Origin: Gnetum montanum
Taxonomy: Eukaryota > Plantae > Gnetophyta
DNA length: 64,000 bases
NCBI GenBank assembly: GCA_015680685.1
Contig: MNCI01000614.1
Coordinates: forward strand, 660,248 to 724,247
Direction: 5' to 3'
Both the position numbers and the translations under genes were made by a program. Each line of letters opens with the position of its first letter. The first letter of the stretch is position 1. This document shows positions 12,947-26,552 of the stretch, one piece after another. The notes below the pieces were generated by a model. It ran no database searches and was not told where the DNA came from. It saw only the letters and a list, made by a program, of their open reading frames with translations.

Positions 12947-15900
12947 CTTTTTTTTAGAAATTTTTTGGATTTATTATAAAAGAAAAATATGTACATGCAG
13001 GATTAGCACACCCATCAGCCAAAAGTCACCAAGCACCATTCGACCACACTTAGCAGGGTCGACATGTGTCATAAACCAAAATAGCCACCTTTGCTAGAGA
13101 TTCCAACCCACTCCAAGATAAGGTCCCAAGGCCTGTTGAAATGCAATCATGTCCATGCACAAAAATCCTATGGCTCAACCACAAAAGCAAAAAGCCCCAA
13201 AACCCCAACCCCTAGATCCCCAAAGTAATATAAGACATGCCACATCAACCTAGTAGTCGAACATCAAAACCTAAGCTAATGAGTCACTGAACAATTACTA
13301 TGGCTTCACTTGAAGGACTCCCATGGCATTCCCATGCAAAGATCCCTCTAGTACCTAATCCTCTTCCATGTGTTGCATTACTTCTTTCATGTGCTGCAGC
13401 ACTTCCTGCTCTAGTTTGGGTTAGATCTAGAACTGTAGCTCATCTCTCATGATCTACTTTTACATCTCCTCCTTGTGTATCCAATTATAATGAGCCTCAA
13501 CCTACAACGTTTTCCTTGGGGGCATCACTAAATCCATCACCCTTCACAATTTAGCTTTTCATGCCTCCCATCGAGCCTCCCACTTCATCCTTTCCTCCTC
13601 TCACACTTGCATGGTTGCCTCCCTACTAGCTCTCCACACAAGAGCCTCAATTTTAGATCTTGTTACCTACCCCTCCTTTACACATGGTGAAGTAGCAACA
13701 TCTTCTTCCAATCCTTGATTCACTTAGCGATGAACTGAAGTGGTCCCCCCCTTTACATCCTAGACACGTCACCATGAATACACAAGCAAAGGCTCCAATC
13801 ATGGCTCCAATGGTAACAATAATGTACTAAAATGCTACAAAGCCAGAATAAGCCTAAGATGTCTCCCAAGCCTTCTATGTCATAGATAATTCAAGAAGAA
13901 CAACAACATATTCATCTACACCCCATGCTTTAAGTAGCACAAAAAGCAAAGTGAACCCTCATCAACTTAGCTAAGCTACCAAATTGCACCACAAATCTAT
14001 CCACTAGCACTATCACATCCTATCAAACTGATGACAACATTGATTTGGGCACATGCCCACTAGTAGTTTTCAGTGTCTTTCCTAGAGAGAAGTCTCTTGC
14101 ATGCCCCATAATGTGCACCACTGGAGGTATAACCTTTCCCACTATTGGCACTCCCAACACTGCCACTAGTGCTACCTTTGTCAAAAAAATCATGTTTCCC
14201 CTAAATGTAGTAACCTCCCCCTCCTAGTTTACAAACAAAGTGTTATCCACTAGATTTGACACCAATCTTGATGATCAATTATCATAGCTCAACATTACCT
14301 TGGAATTCATGCACCATTGGCTCATGGTATCTTGTTTGCCCCATACCTCAAATCGACTTGTCCCAAAGACATACCCTAGCAATTGTAGCAACAACCGGTA
14401 GTAGAAGCCTCTATGCCTTGAAGACCAAGTTATCTTGGTATTTCTAGACAACCCATAAAAGTGTGGTCTTCTTTGCATCACTGTTTAACCATATAGGCAG
14501 TGCCAACCCAACTGCTTACCAAGTGTCTTTCATGTAGGTGTAGTGGTAAATAAAATGATTAGTAGTTTCCTCTTCTTTCATGCACAAAGGATAGCTAGGA
14601 TCAATATTCATCCCTCACTCTCCCAAAAACCCCCTCACTGATAGTGCCTTGTGTGCAATAAGCCAAGTAAACACCTTCAATTCCTTCGATAGTCTCCTAT
14701 GCCATATGGCCTTCCAACCAACAACCTGCAGATACTTGTTCTTAATGATTTATTTGGGAGCTTTTTCCAAAATATCTCTCTCCCATCCCCCATTCGTGTG
14801 TTTACACAACGCCATCTAGAACCATGACCCTCTTATGTTAGCCTCCGAAAGCTAATATTTCTATTGCACAATCCTACTCCACTGCACTTGTCCCTTCCCT
14901 TGCACCATAACCCTATTCTCTAGCCTTTGCATCCCTAACATAATTTCATCACTAAAGGCTAGAAACCCTATTCCACCTACAGTCTTTGGTTTCACCATAT
15001 TTTCCCAACATTTGAGGTAGAGCTTGTCCCATCCCTTACCCCTTGACCAAAAAAAATATTAGAGGATTTGATCTATTTTTTGAATCACTCTAGTAGGAGG
15101 ATGGGCCATGGAACCAGTGAAACACACTATCATTGTAAGCACTATTGATGCTAAAACAATCTTACCTTTCCTAGAAAAAATTGATTAGTCTAGTAGTCAA
15201 TCCTCCTCTATAGGTTCTACACCAAAGCAATCCATCTTTGACACTAGTTCCACTCAAAAATTGGCATTCCAAAATAGGAATCTTGGATAGTCCCTGGTAG
15301 AATTCCCAACACTTGGAAAATTCATCCCTTTAGCCACTCTATTGTATTAACTAGATGAAGGGCCAACTTTTCTTTGTTGATATCTAGCCCAAGTTTGATC
15401 TCCATCCTTCTAGTGCCCTTTGAAGAGCCATCACTTGTGGAACAACCACACAGGAGAAAAAAATAGTGTCATCTACTTAGTGCTCTGCAAGGTAGTGCAC
15501 CTTGACCACCCACACACCAACAATCTCATTTGACTCATAATAACCCTATAGAGTGTCCATAACCATAGTGAAAAGCAACAAGATGATAAGGTCCCCTTTC
15601 CAAGAGCCTTAAACCTCCATAACTATCCCTTAATGTCAAAAGAATATCTTCTTAAATATTTTATCAGAAAGTAGAGATCTACAAAATTGGTTGCAAAACC
15701 TTTCCTCTACATGAATTTCTATAGTGCCTTCCAACTCATCATATTATAAGCCTTTTTAATATGTAATTTAACACACATTACAGGAATGCTAGAAAGATGG
15801 AACAAATGCAGAATTTCTTGCAAAAGAATCACTTGATCTTGTAGAAAATAGCCTTGCACAAACCACACCTGATTCTCTCTTACCAACTTAGGCATTAAGG

Positions 15901-15949
15901 GAGCAAGCTATTGTACCAACATCTTGTTAAAAATCCCAAGAAGGGTATC
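12947..15949 (-). mobile_element. 5'-truncated L1-clade LINE (copy A): RT, zf-RVT, extra C-terminal domain, 3' UTR, poly(A)
   Basis: RT QSGVVCAR/DQVILLQEILH...IKKAYNMMSWKAL; zf-RVT NIDPSYPLCMKEEETTNH; T8 run at 12948-12955; 11-bp TSD AAATAATGGAG at 12936-12946 and 15950-15960. Confidence 0.9.
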
Positions 15950-16829
15950 AAATAATGGAGAGTTACAACATAGGTTTATTTATCTTTTAGGTTAAACAAG
16001 AAGGTTGTTACTACCTCACAATGTTGATCCTAGATGAATATTCAAATATGGAAATTAACCATGATTCCCTCACTTAAGGCATCCTAAATATTTTGGAAAA
16101 CAAATTTGAGTGTAGAGGACATTGAGGGCCTAAAATAGATCTGAGAATATAAATAGCAACACAGTTTGTAAACATGGGGATTGCACAACTTTCTCCTTCA
16201 TCTAAGGCACTTCCAACCTCTAAAATTTCTTTAAATGTGAGGATTGAAACATTGGGATTAAGTGCCAACATTTTTATTTTTTGTCAACCTTTATTTTGGG
16301 TTTCTTTTCACTTGTAGAAAGAACCTAGTAAGACCTACAGGTTTAGAAAACTTCATAACTTGCAAGTGATACAAAATTCTTATGTATATGCAGACGTTAA
16401 ATCAAGAATAGACCTAAAAGGTATAGTTGGTGAGGAGACATAACCTGGAGTAGCCCCTAGTCTCAACCTAAACAAAGGACAAACACAACTTCTCTCTATT
16501 TTTTAAGGATATAGTATAGACTTCTAAAGATTATTGTTTATCATTATCAAATTTTTTATGGCATCAATAACAAAAATCAATGGCAATCTATAAACAAGGG
16601 ATAAGGGGAGTTGGAGTGAGTGTAGGAGCATTCAGTAGCATGGATGATGTGGATTGGATAGGGGATGGTGATGTGAGGATGGAGGCTAGGATGCATGTGA
16701 GGCCTAGTCACAAAGGAGTTGGAGTGGAAGATGGCTTGAGTAGGACCAAGCTTGGCATTGATTTATGGGATGGGGATGGAAGCCAAGAGTTCTTTGGAAT
16801 GTCACTAAGGATCAAAAACTCCTTGTGGT

Positions 16830-17900
16830 TCTAGGTCCCTTATTTACCATTGGAGGGCCTACATGTGGTTGAGTAGAGCCTTATTAGATGTTTTGTTTCT
16901 AGTGGCCTATGGTCCAAGTTGGAACTCATCTATAAATGGGTTGTTGCTACTTAGTACCTAGAGAATGTCAATGTGCAGAGCTTAACAAAGGAGTTGATCC
17001 CTTTTTTTCATAGTATTAAGGACTAGGATTGGGTTCTGTAAGGGGGTCCATGGTTCTTCAGCACTAGAGGACTAGCTCTTATGCAATGGTGGCTAAGAGT
17101 GCACAAGGACCTTGAACTATTCTTTCACGTCCCAGTTTGGATTCGAGCTTCGGGGATTCCATGGGAACTCTGAATGCTATATTTTTTGAAGTTGCTGGTA
17201 GCATTCTTTGGTGAATTTATTAGACTAGATAAGTTCACCATGTCAATGAAGTGTATGGGTTTCACAAGATTTTGTGCTTAGAGGTTCCTATCCCCCAAGG
17301 ATCTTTTTAAGGAAGTAGTTTTGGACCTCCCATTTGGGGAAGAATGTATATCAATTGAGTACAAGAATTGTTTTGCTAAGAGCTTACTTGTAACTTCAAT
17401 GGTAGGTCATTGTGGGTTCAATGGGAAGCTAGGCCATCTTGTTGAAACATGCAAGGTTAAAGATGGGGTTTTTGCTACCAATTCGATTGACATGGATAGA
17501 TGGGTGTAGGTGAGGCAATAGGGTCACAAGATGCTCAAGGGGTGTTCAAGTGTTGGGCCAGGGGATTGACTAGTGTTATAGGGTCACCGGGTAAGCTAAT
17601 GGCCCCAAAACTAGATGATGTGGTTGCCAAGCCAAGTGTGGGGTTGGCCTTAGCCAATATGTCAGCTTCAACATTAAGCCCTTGGTTGAATCTAGAAGAA
17701 GGTTTTGCTATGCCTCTAGTTTTCCTAGCTCAAGGAAAAGAATTTCCTCCACTAGGGAACTATGTTTTTGTAGTTCAAGGTTCAACCAAACCTAGTCTGG
17801 GGGAGGTGCCCCAACCAAGTGAAGAGGCTGGGGGTCTTAATGGATTCTAGCAAGGTTGGATGATCACTCATGTTGCTAGTATGCAATAGGCAAACTCAAC
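16830..17900 (+). pseudogene. L1 ORF1 (DUF4283-like region and degenerate zinc knuckle)
   Basis: GGPWFFSTRGLALMQWW...VPVWIRASGIPWEL...FGEFIRLD; HCGFNGKLGHLVETC; many stops. Confidence 0.8.
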
Positions 17901-17967
17901 TAGAGATTGATTTAGGGATTCAATTGACCATGAAAGAGGTCTACTAAAAACGTTCTACTAGTGGGCC

Positions 17968-19932
17968 ATGAAGATCATGATATGGAATTGTAGAGGCTAG
18001 GGTACCCCCTAGAAGCATCATATTGAAAGGAAATGGCATATAGGGAGAAGTGTGACATTATTTGTCTGCAAGAGACCAAGTTGTAACAATGAGAATTTGG
18101 GCTTTTAAAATGGAACTAGTGGTAAGTTCATCAAGTGGCCTTCCATGGGAGGGCTAGAGGTCTAGCCATCTCATCCTGACAACCATTCCATTTCATGAAT
18201 TCTTTGAACTAGAGCATTATTTTCAAGTTGACCTCTTCAGGCCTTTAGCTCATGAATTTCTATGGGGCCTAGGAATGGGAGAAGTGGCTCACTAAGCTTC
18301 ATAGGATCACTAAGGTTGTTCACAATTGATGGTGGTGAATCCTAGTTGGTGATTTCAACTAGAGGTTTCATGCCTAGGAGAAGTCAAGAAAAGATTGCAT
18401 TTCTCTTGGAGAGGCTGATCAATTTGCATCATTCCTCTAGTATCATGACCTTGTGGATGTTGGCAATAGGGACTACGTCTATACCCAGAGAAATCATAAG
18501 TAGGGGAAAGATAGGATGATGTCATAGATTGATAGGATTTGGATTAGCTCGACCTTATTGCTTGAGTAGGATATGTGAGTCACAAAGAAAGAAAAGCACA
18601 CTTTAGATCATAAATCACTACTTTGTTAGATTTGATGCCAATCCCATCCTGCACTTTTAAGGTTCAAATTTGAAAGAACCTGGCTCATAAAGTCATGGAT
18701 ATGACCACTTGTGATTGATATCTAGGACAAATACCCATTAGGTGGGGATCTACATAATTTTTTATAGAATAGCCTCAACCTCTTGAAGAAAGAGATTTGA
18801 TTGCTAAGGTAAGAAGAGAAATACACCTTTCAGTCACATTGATGGATGTTACAGCAATAGCTCCTAATGGTTTAAGTGTAGTAGGAGGCTAGGGAAGCTT
18901 TGGTTTAGGAGGAGTAAGATCTTCTAATGGGATTACAAAAGCTAGATAAGGAGGAAGCCGATTATTGGAGATAATGCTCACGGAAATGATGGATAAAGGA
19001 TGGGGATAGGCCCACACACTTCTTCTTTGTTATTTCCTATGCTAATAATCTATTGAAGCGGGTGCCTTTTTTGATTCAAGTAGGAATGGAACTAGTTTAA
19101 ACATAAGATATCACATAGGAGTTTTAGACATGATGGGATAATATTTGGAAGGAGAGGGAGTGGGTTCCTCTCTTAATCTCGGGGCCACAATCCTCACTAG
19201 GAGGATAATCATAAACTACTTTAGTTGTTTCCTTGGTGAGAGCTAGACAATGTCATGGAGGACTTGAAACTGGGTAAGGCTCCTGGGCTTGATGGGTGGC
19301 CCATATAATTCTTTAGGAAATTCATGAATGTTCTTGGGAGGAATGTGCTAGATGAATTTAACACTATTCTCAAATAGAGATAGGTTCACCATGAAATCAA
19401 CTACTCTAGGATGGTGCTTATCTTGAAAATTGTTGATCCCTTAGAGCCCTTACAGTTTTGGCCAATTGAAGTATGCAACACCTTATTGAGGTTGTTTACA
19501 AAGATGATTGTTTACCAATTGACCCCTCTCATGTTGAGACTAGTTAGTAACAATCAGGAGGGCTTTGGTAAGGAGTGGTTCCTGTAGGATCAAGTGATCT
19601 TGCTACAAGAAATTTTGAACTTCCTTTGTATAGTGCACTTCCCATGTTTGTATTTCAAACATGATATCACTAACGCCTATGATACCATTAGTTGGGGAGC
19701 CATGAGGGAAATTATGACCTATAAAGGTTTATGTCATAATTTTGTTGATTTATGTGTTCACTTGCAATCATTGGTTGCCTACTCCATTGAACTTGATGGT
19801 AGGCTTTGGGGATTTTCTTCCCCGAGTAGAGGTCTTAGGCAAGGGGATCTATTATATTCATACTTATTTATCATTATCATGGATACATTACAAGCATATT
19901 TTAGAGCTAAGGGGGTTTGGAGGTGGCAAAAT
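17968..19932 (+). pseudogene. L1 ORF2, endonuclease and N-terminal RT
   Basis: Starts MKIMIWNCRG*G; CLQETK; IDRIW; GKAPGLDGW; FWPIEVCN; RGLRQGDLLYSYLFII (ORF 19594-19935). Confidence 0.9.
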
Positions 19933-22900
19933 TGAGTACAAAATAATGCTACCCTCTCAATTAATTTATAGTTAGTGATTGATTGATACCTTACTAATTT
20001 TTAGGAATTAGCTAATTTGGAGAGATTTTCTCCTTGATTTTTTCTATGTAATTTCTATATATACCTCCACTTGTAAACAAGAAGCAAAAAAGTGAAAAAT
20101 ATTTCCCTTTCTTTTCAAATTTTGTCATGCTATTAGAGCCTTAGGTTTTGAATCCTAAGGAGATTTTTTTTATTTGGCCTTCATTGTTGTATTTCTTCTC
20201 TTACTATAGCCTTCATTACCATTTCCAATTGGGTAATTCATCCCTTATTGCTATAATCATCTTCTTCTATGTGTTTTTTCTTTTCCATAATGTCCAAAGA
20301 ATATAAGATCACTATCTACTTGTTGGAAACCTTCACCAACCCACAACTAGGAGACCTGTAGCAAATTAATATAGCCTATTGACTTAATGAAAAAAACTAG
20401 TTGAAGTGGTTCTAGTTGGTGCAAAAAATTTTGAAAGCAAAAGAAAAATCAAATCACATCTTACACATGGGACCAAAAGAGGATGATCCCAAGTTTGAAA
20501 AATGGGATGAGGAAGATTCGATGATCATTGCATGGCTCTAGAACTTGATGTCACCCAAAATAAGTGACACATGAATGTTTCTTCCCATAGCTTGAGATAT
20601 CTGGGAAGTTGTGAGAAAAACTTACTCCAAATTAAAAGATGCTACCCAAATTTATGAGTTGAAGATCAAGACAACTTTCATCAAATAAGAAAATTAGACT
20701 GTAACTGAGTATGCCAACCTTTTGAAGGGACTTTGGTAGGAGATGAACCACTACCATGTTTTTCAAATGAAATGCAATGAGGATGCCACAATTTTGAAAT
20801 ATTTCATAGAAAAAGATCAAACCTATGATTTTTTGGCAAGTCTTAATAATGAGTTCGATCATGTTTGAGTTCAAGTCCTTGGCAAAGATGACCTCCCCCC
20901 TCTTAACAAGGTAATTTCTACTATATTGGTTGAAGAGAGTAGGCATAATGTTATGTTAGTATCAAAACTAGTTGATGCCTCGACAATGCTAACTCATGGA
21001 GAAAGTTGTGGGCCAAGAAGGGAGCAATTAAGATAATGGGAAAGGAGAATTCAAACTCAATGGTCATGAGCCTCATGAAAATAGGGATAACTTGTGGTGT
21101 ACTTTCTACAAGAAACCAAGTCATATGAGGGAGATGTGCTTCAAGCTTCATGGAAAGTCAACAAGTAAGGAATGGGGAAATAAGGGTGGAAGGAAAAAGA
21201 TTCAAGGTCAAGCAAACCAAGCCTCATCTTCACAAGAAGAAGAGAAAGCTCTAGAAGTAAGGGAGTTTGACAAAGAAGAGATAGAGAAATTGAAGAATCT
21301 TCTAGCCACTCTTGAAAAATCTCCAGGTATCTATTCATTTATACATTTAGGTAAGCTTCCAATTTCTCATTGTTTAAGTGCCTATAATCAATATTTGAAA
21401 GACTCCTAAATCATCGATTCAGAAGCCACAGATCACATGACACATGCATCTCAAATTTTTATTTCTTATTTCCCTTTCCCTAGTAATCAAAAAATTACCA
21501 TGGCAGATGGATCACCAACCATAGTTGCCAGTATAGGCAATGTTGAAATTGATCATGATATGATTCTTAAAGATGTTCTTCATCTTTCAAAATTACCAAC
21601 AAATCTCATCTTCATCACCAAATTTTCTTGGGATGTAAATTGCAAAGTAACCTTCTTCCCAACTTATTATTTATTTTAGGACTGGGACTTAGGCAAGATG
21701 ATTGAACTTGCTAAGGAGAAGGGAGGATTAACCTATCTTGAAAAAACTGAAAAGATAAAGTGGCAATAAGTGGAATCCAACTCTAACCCTGTTATCTGCA
21801 AGTCATTCAACAAATAAAGGCATGATATGGCTTTACCACTTTAGACTAGGACATCCTTCATTCAAAATACTTGAAATTATGTTCCCTCATTTGTTTAAGG
21901 GCTTAGAAAAGAAAATGTTTAATTGCAAAACTTATAAACTTCAAAGCAAAAATGTGTAGCATTTCCCATCAATAATAAAAGAAGCATGTTTGAATCTGAT
22001 TTAATTCATACTGATATTTTGGGACCGTCTCTAATTTCAAATATTTTTGGAGCATTATGGCTTGTTTCATTTATCGATGATTGCACAAGAGTCATTTGGA
22101 TTTTCTTAATCAAGTCTAAAACTGATCTTAGTGATGTCCTCCCAGATTTAAATTCCATGATTAAAAATCAATTTGGAGTCAGTATCAAAAGGTTTCATTT
22201 AGATAATGCCAAAGATTATTTTAATCAAACACTGACTACGTTCTTTCAAAAGGAGGGAATCATTTGCAAGTCCTCTTATGTCTATACCCCATAACAAAAT
22301 GGAGTGGCAGAGAGAAAAATGGTCACCTTCTTTCTATAGCTTATGCTTTATTGTTTCAAAAGAATGTCCTAAAAAATTACTAGCAAGAAGCCATCCTTAT
22401 AGCTACACATATCATAAATAGATTACCAACTCAAGTGCTCCATTCAAAAGTCCGATAGAAGTGTTATCTCATTTCTTTTTAACACTTCATACTACAAACC
22501 ATCTTATCCCTAGGATATTTGGATGTGTTTCTTTTGTTCATATTCATAGTCAAAACATGGGAAAATTTGATCCGAGAGCCCTCAAAATGGTCTTTGTTGG
22601 ATATTCTTCAACCCAAAAGGACTACAAATGCTATCATCCACCAACTAAAAAATTCCTTGTTTCTATGGATTTCACCTTTGTTGAAACTAAGTCATATTTC
22701 ATACAACCTTATCTTTAGAGGGAGAAAATAGTAGTAGAAGATAAGGACTTCTTTCTTCTTGACCTACCCATAACTGAGTCTTCCAGGTCTTCCTATTCTT
22801 TGCTACCACAAATCGAGCCCAAGCCTCTTCCTCTTCCTTAAATTGCAAAACAAAATGATGAAGGTAATGAAACCACTATTGATACATGTCCTTCTCAAGT

Positions 22901-24000
22901 GTACTCAAGAAGAAAACATCCAAACCTAGAATCAAGACAAGTCCAAACATCAAGCTCGAGTGCTAGAAATGAGGTAATACACCGTAACACATCTTATTCT
23001 TCTACTGAATACTTGTCTGATATTGACTTACCTATTGAGGTTAGAAAAGGAAAGAGAGAATGCACCAATCACCCACTATATCCTATATCTCATTTTTTGT
23101 ATTTTCACAAATGTTCCTCAACTCATAGAGCATTTCTCACAAATCTTAACAATGTGTATGTTCCTTCAACATTAAGGCTTTAAACTATGAAAATTAAAAA
23201 AATGCTATGAATGTAGAAATGCAAGCCTTAGAGAAGAACAACACAAGGGAGATAGTGGACTTATCAAAGGGGAAGAAACTAGTAGGATGCAAATGGGTAT
23301 ACACTATGAAATACAAAGTTGATGGTTCTCTGGAGAGATACAAAGTGATATTGATAGCCAAAGGATACACACAAATGTATGGAATAGACTATCAGGAGAC
23401 ATTTGCACAAGTGGCAAAGATGAATATAGTAAGAATCCTTTTGTCTATGGCAGTTAATTATGATTGGCCTTTAAAGCAATTTGATGTGAAAAATGCTTTC
23501 CTACATGGGGACTTGGAAGAGGAAATGTACATGAAGATTCCACCATTCTATAATCATAATATGGCCTCAAAAAAGGTATGCAAATTAAAGAAAGCACTAT
23601 ACATCTTGAAGCAATCACTTAGGGTCTAGTTTGAAAGGTTTAGTAAGCTAATGATTAGAATGGGCTACAAACAGAGTCAAGGAGACCATACCTTGTTTAT
23701 TGGACATACTGATTTAGAGGGAGTCACTACCCTTATTATGTATGTTGATGATATTGTAGTAACAGGAAATGATCGTAGGGAGATAGAGAGATTGGGAAAG
23801 CACTTAGCAAAGGAGTTCGAGATAAAGGACTTGGAAAATTTGAAGTATTTCCCAGGTATAGAAGTAGCATGGTCAAAGTAGGGAATTTTCATAAGCCAAA
23901 AAAAATATATCCTAGATCTTTTAAGAGACATGTGGAAATTAGCTTGCAAATTATCAAGCACACCTATGGATCCCAATCATAAACTTGGAGAAGCAACAGT
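19933..24000 (+). mobile_element. Ty1/copia retrotransposon (Ale/Retrofit-like): short 5' LTR, PBS, gag-PR-INT-RT; 3' end deleted
   Basis: ~195-bp LTR TG(19933)...CA(20127); PBS TGCTATTAGAGC (degenerate tRNA-iMet TGGTATCAGAGC) at 20128-20139; zinc knuckle CTFYKKPSHMREMCFKLHG; INT LIHTDILGP; RT QFDVKNAFLHGDLEEE and YVDDIVVTG; stops after PMDPNHKL and joins L1 sequence. Confidence 0.92.
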
Positions 24001-25756
24001 TACAGTAGTAGATTGGTGACTGGACAATGCATTTTTTGATAAGGAAGGGAAGGATTCTCTTGGTAATGGCCATCCTTTTAGCCATTGCTTGGTTCATTAT
24101 GTCCATTGCTCCCCCACCATAAGAATTTGGAAACAAAGTGGATCAGTTGCTACAAGGCTTCATCTAGTCCAAGGGAAAGGGGGGGAAGTGGATTCATTTG
24201 GTGAGTTGGGATACCATGGCTTGGCTCAAGGAGGTGGGTGTTGAACCCCAAAATTTTGTTTGATTTTTTTATAAGTATTTTGTTAAAAGCATGCATTTCA
24301 ATTAATTTCATATTATTAATTAGTGTAAATTAATATTTATTTTATNNNNNNNNNNNNNNNNNNNNNNNNNNNNNNNNNNNNNNNNNNNNNNNNNNNNNNN
24401 NNNNNNNNNNNNNNNNNNNNNNNNNNNNNNNNNNNNNNNNNNNNNNNNNNNNNNNNNNNNNNNNNNNNNNNNNNNNNNNNNNNNNNNNNNNNNNNNNNNN
24501 NNNNNNNNNNNNNNNNNNNNNNNNNNNNNNNNNNNNNNNNNNNNNNNNNNNNNNNNNNNNNNNNNNNNNNNNNNNNNNNNNNNNNNNNNNNNNNNNNNNN
24601 NNNNNNNNNNNNNNNNNNNNNNNNNNNNNNNNNNNNNNNNNNNNNNNNNNNNNNNNNNNNNNNNNNNNNNNNNNNNNNNNNNNNNNNNNNNNNNNNNNNN
24701 NNNNNNNNNNNNNNNNNNNNNNNNNNNNNNNNNNNNNNNNNNNNNNNNNNNNNNNNNNNNNNNNNNNNNNNNNNNNNNNNNNNNNNNNNNNNNNNNNNNN
24801 NNNNNNNNNNNNNNNNNNNNNNNNNNNNNNNNNNNNNNNNNNNNNNNNNNNNNNNNNNNNNNNNNNNNNNNNNNNNNNNNNNNNNNNNNNNNNNNNNNNN
24901 NNNNNNNNNNNNNNNNNNNNNNNNNNNNNNNNNNNNNNNNNNNNNNNNNNNNNNNNNNNNNNNNNNNNNNNNNNNNNNNNNNNNNNNNNNNNNNNNNNNN
25001 NNNNNNNNNNNNNNNNNNNNNNNNNNNNNNNNNNNNNNNNNNNNNNNNNNNNNNNNNNNNNNNNNNNNNNNNNNNNNNNNNNNNNNNNNNNNNNNNNNNN
25101 NNNACATGAACATTATAAAATTATCACAATTTACCTTTTATATATATAAATATTAAATTATCAGCACTTTCTTATTATTTCAACTTTTCTCGTCCCAGAA
25201 GAAACTACCATCCGAATTTCACCACTTTGTTTGCACGTTAACGAATTTTGAATACGGTTTTATGTTTTGAAAGGAAATTTGAACTTGGGAATTTTATAAC
25301 TGTTGTGAATCTGGGATGGTATTTTAGACAAGCCACTGACATGTTACAATGGGCCCGACAGTAGAGCAAGGTTTCTAACGCTAATGCAATTGTTGTAGTT
25401 GTTAGTTAAGCAACTGGAAACTCTGCCGAAATAGATCTCACGAACAAACAATTTGAGAGGGAGAAAGAGGGAAATGCAATTGAGAGGGAGAAAGAGGGAA
25501 ATGTAGTAGCAGCAGTAGTTGGAGCCAAGAAAGGTAGCAAGAATCCCCCATCATTATCATGATCTTCATCAAGAGCGGCAGCTTTGGTTGCCCTGCACGT
25601 TCTGGGTGAGCTGTTTCTAAGCACAAATAGACTGATTCTTCTTATTATTTGTACACATGCAGAACAGTTGCAATTGAGGATGACGAGGATGACGACTTCG
25701 CCAATTTGTATATCATAAAACCTCATCACTATCACCATGGGAACTGCATGGACCAT

Positions 25757-26552
25757 TTATGAGTGACGAGGTACCACTACACTGAACGATACAAATACGA
25801 GGTGCCTACATGACTTATGGAACACTTAAGGTTAATCATTTGTTGTCTACCGAGACTTACTTGTATTTGTCATAGTTGTATGGTTAAGTAAGTCTGAGGT
25901 ATATGATTTTTATATCTTTTCTTTTTTATCTCCTATCCTATACTGACGAGGTGAAGGGGTGAAAAGACTAATTACTAACTTTAACTAACTAACTAAGCCT
26001 TAATTAACCCAGCATCACCATCCGTTCCCACTTACCGTTCACACCCTGAACTAATGCAACCTTGGTTACCAAACGCTACTCGTTGCTAGGATCACCAAGC
26101 GTAATGCACGTGCTAGAAGCGGTCGTATTGAATGTACTTAACTACGGGAGAAGGGTTGAGAAATATTTAATGACTAATAAAGCAATTAAATGATAAACAA
26201 TAAATAATAGTAAATAAAATCCCAATTAGCCTATTCCATGCACTGCAAGGTTTATCTAAGAAGTTCATCTTTATTTTCATACACAAACTTGTGTTTAAGT
26301 ACAATATTTGCTCGAATAAAAATCCATTCATTTTGGAGCTTCTACTGCAGGCACATGGAAATTATTCTATTTTTGGAGAGGTAAAATTGCCAGAGTTTCG
26401 CTACGGTCTAGGCCTAGAATGACAAACAAGGAAGAGTCGCCTCTTATTTATAGATCTGACAGTGCACTACGATATCATGTACGCGATATTACAGGGGAAG
26501 ACGTGATATCGCATATGCAATATCATGGCCCATGTGATATCGCATCCCATCA
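25757..26552 (-). repeat. 3' LTR of X
   Basis: Aligns with 31707-32563 apart from internal deletions; ends CATCA. Confidence 0.9.

Noticed and set aside
19933-24000. Horizontal transfer of the copia element
   Set aside because: Host identity is unknown and no comparison is possible from this sequence alone.
24337-25113. Long ORFs at 24337-25113, 27045-27711, 6469-6750 and 57037-57321
   Set aside because: Their length is an artefact of reading through N gaps.
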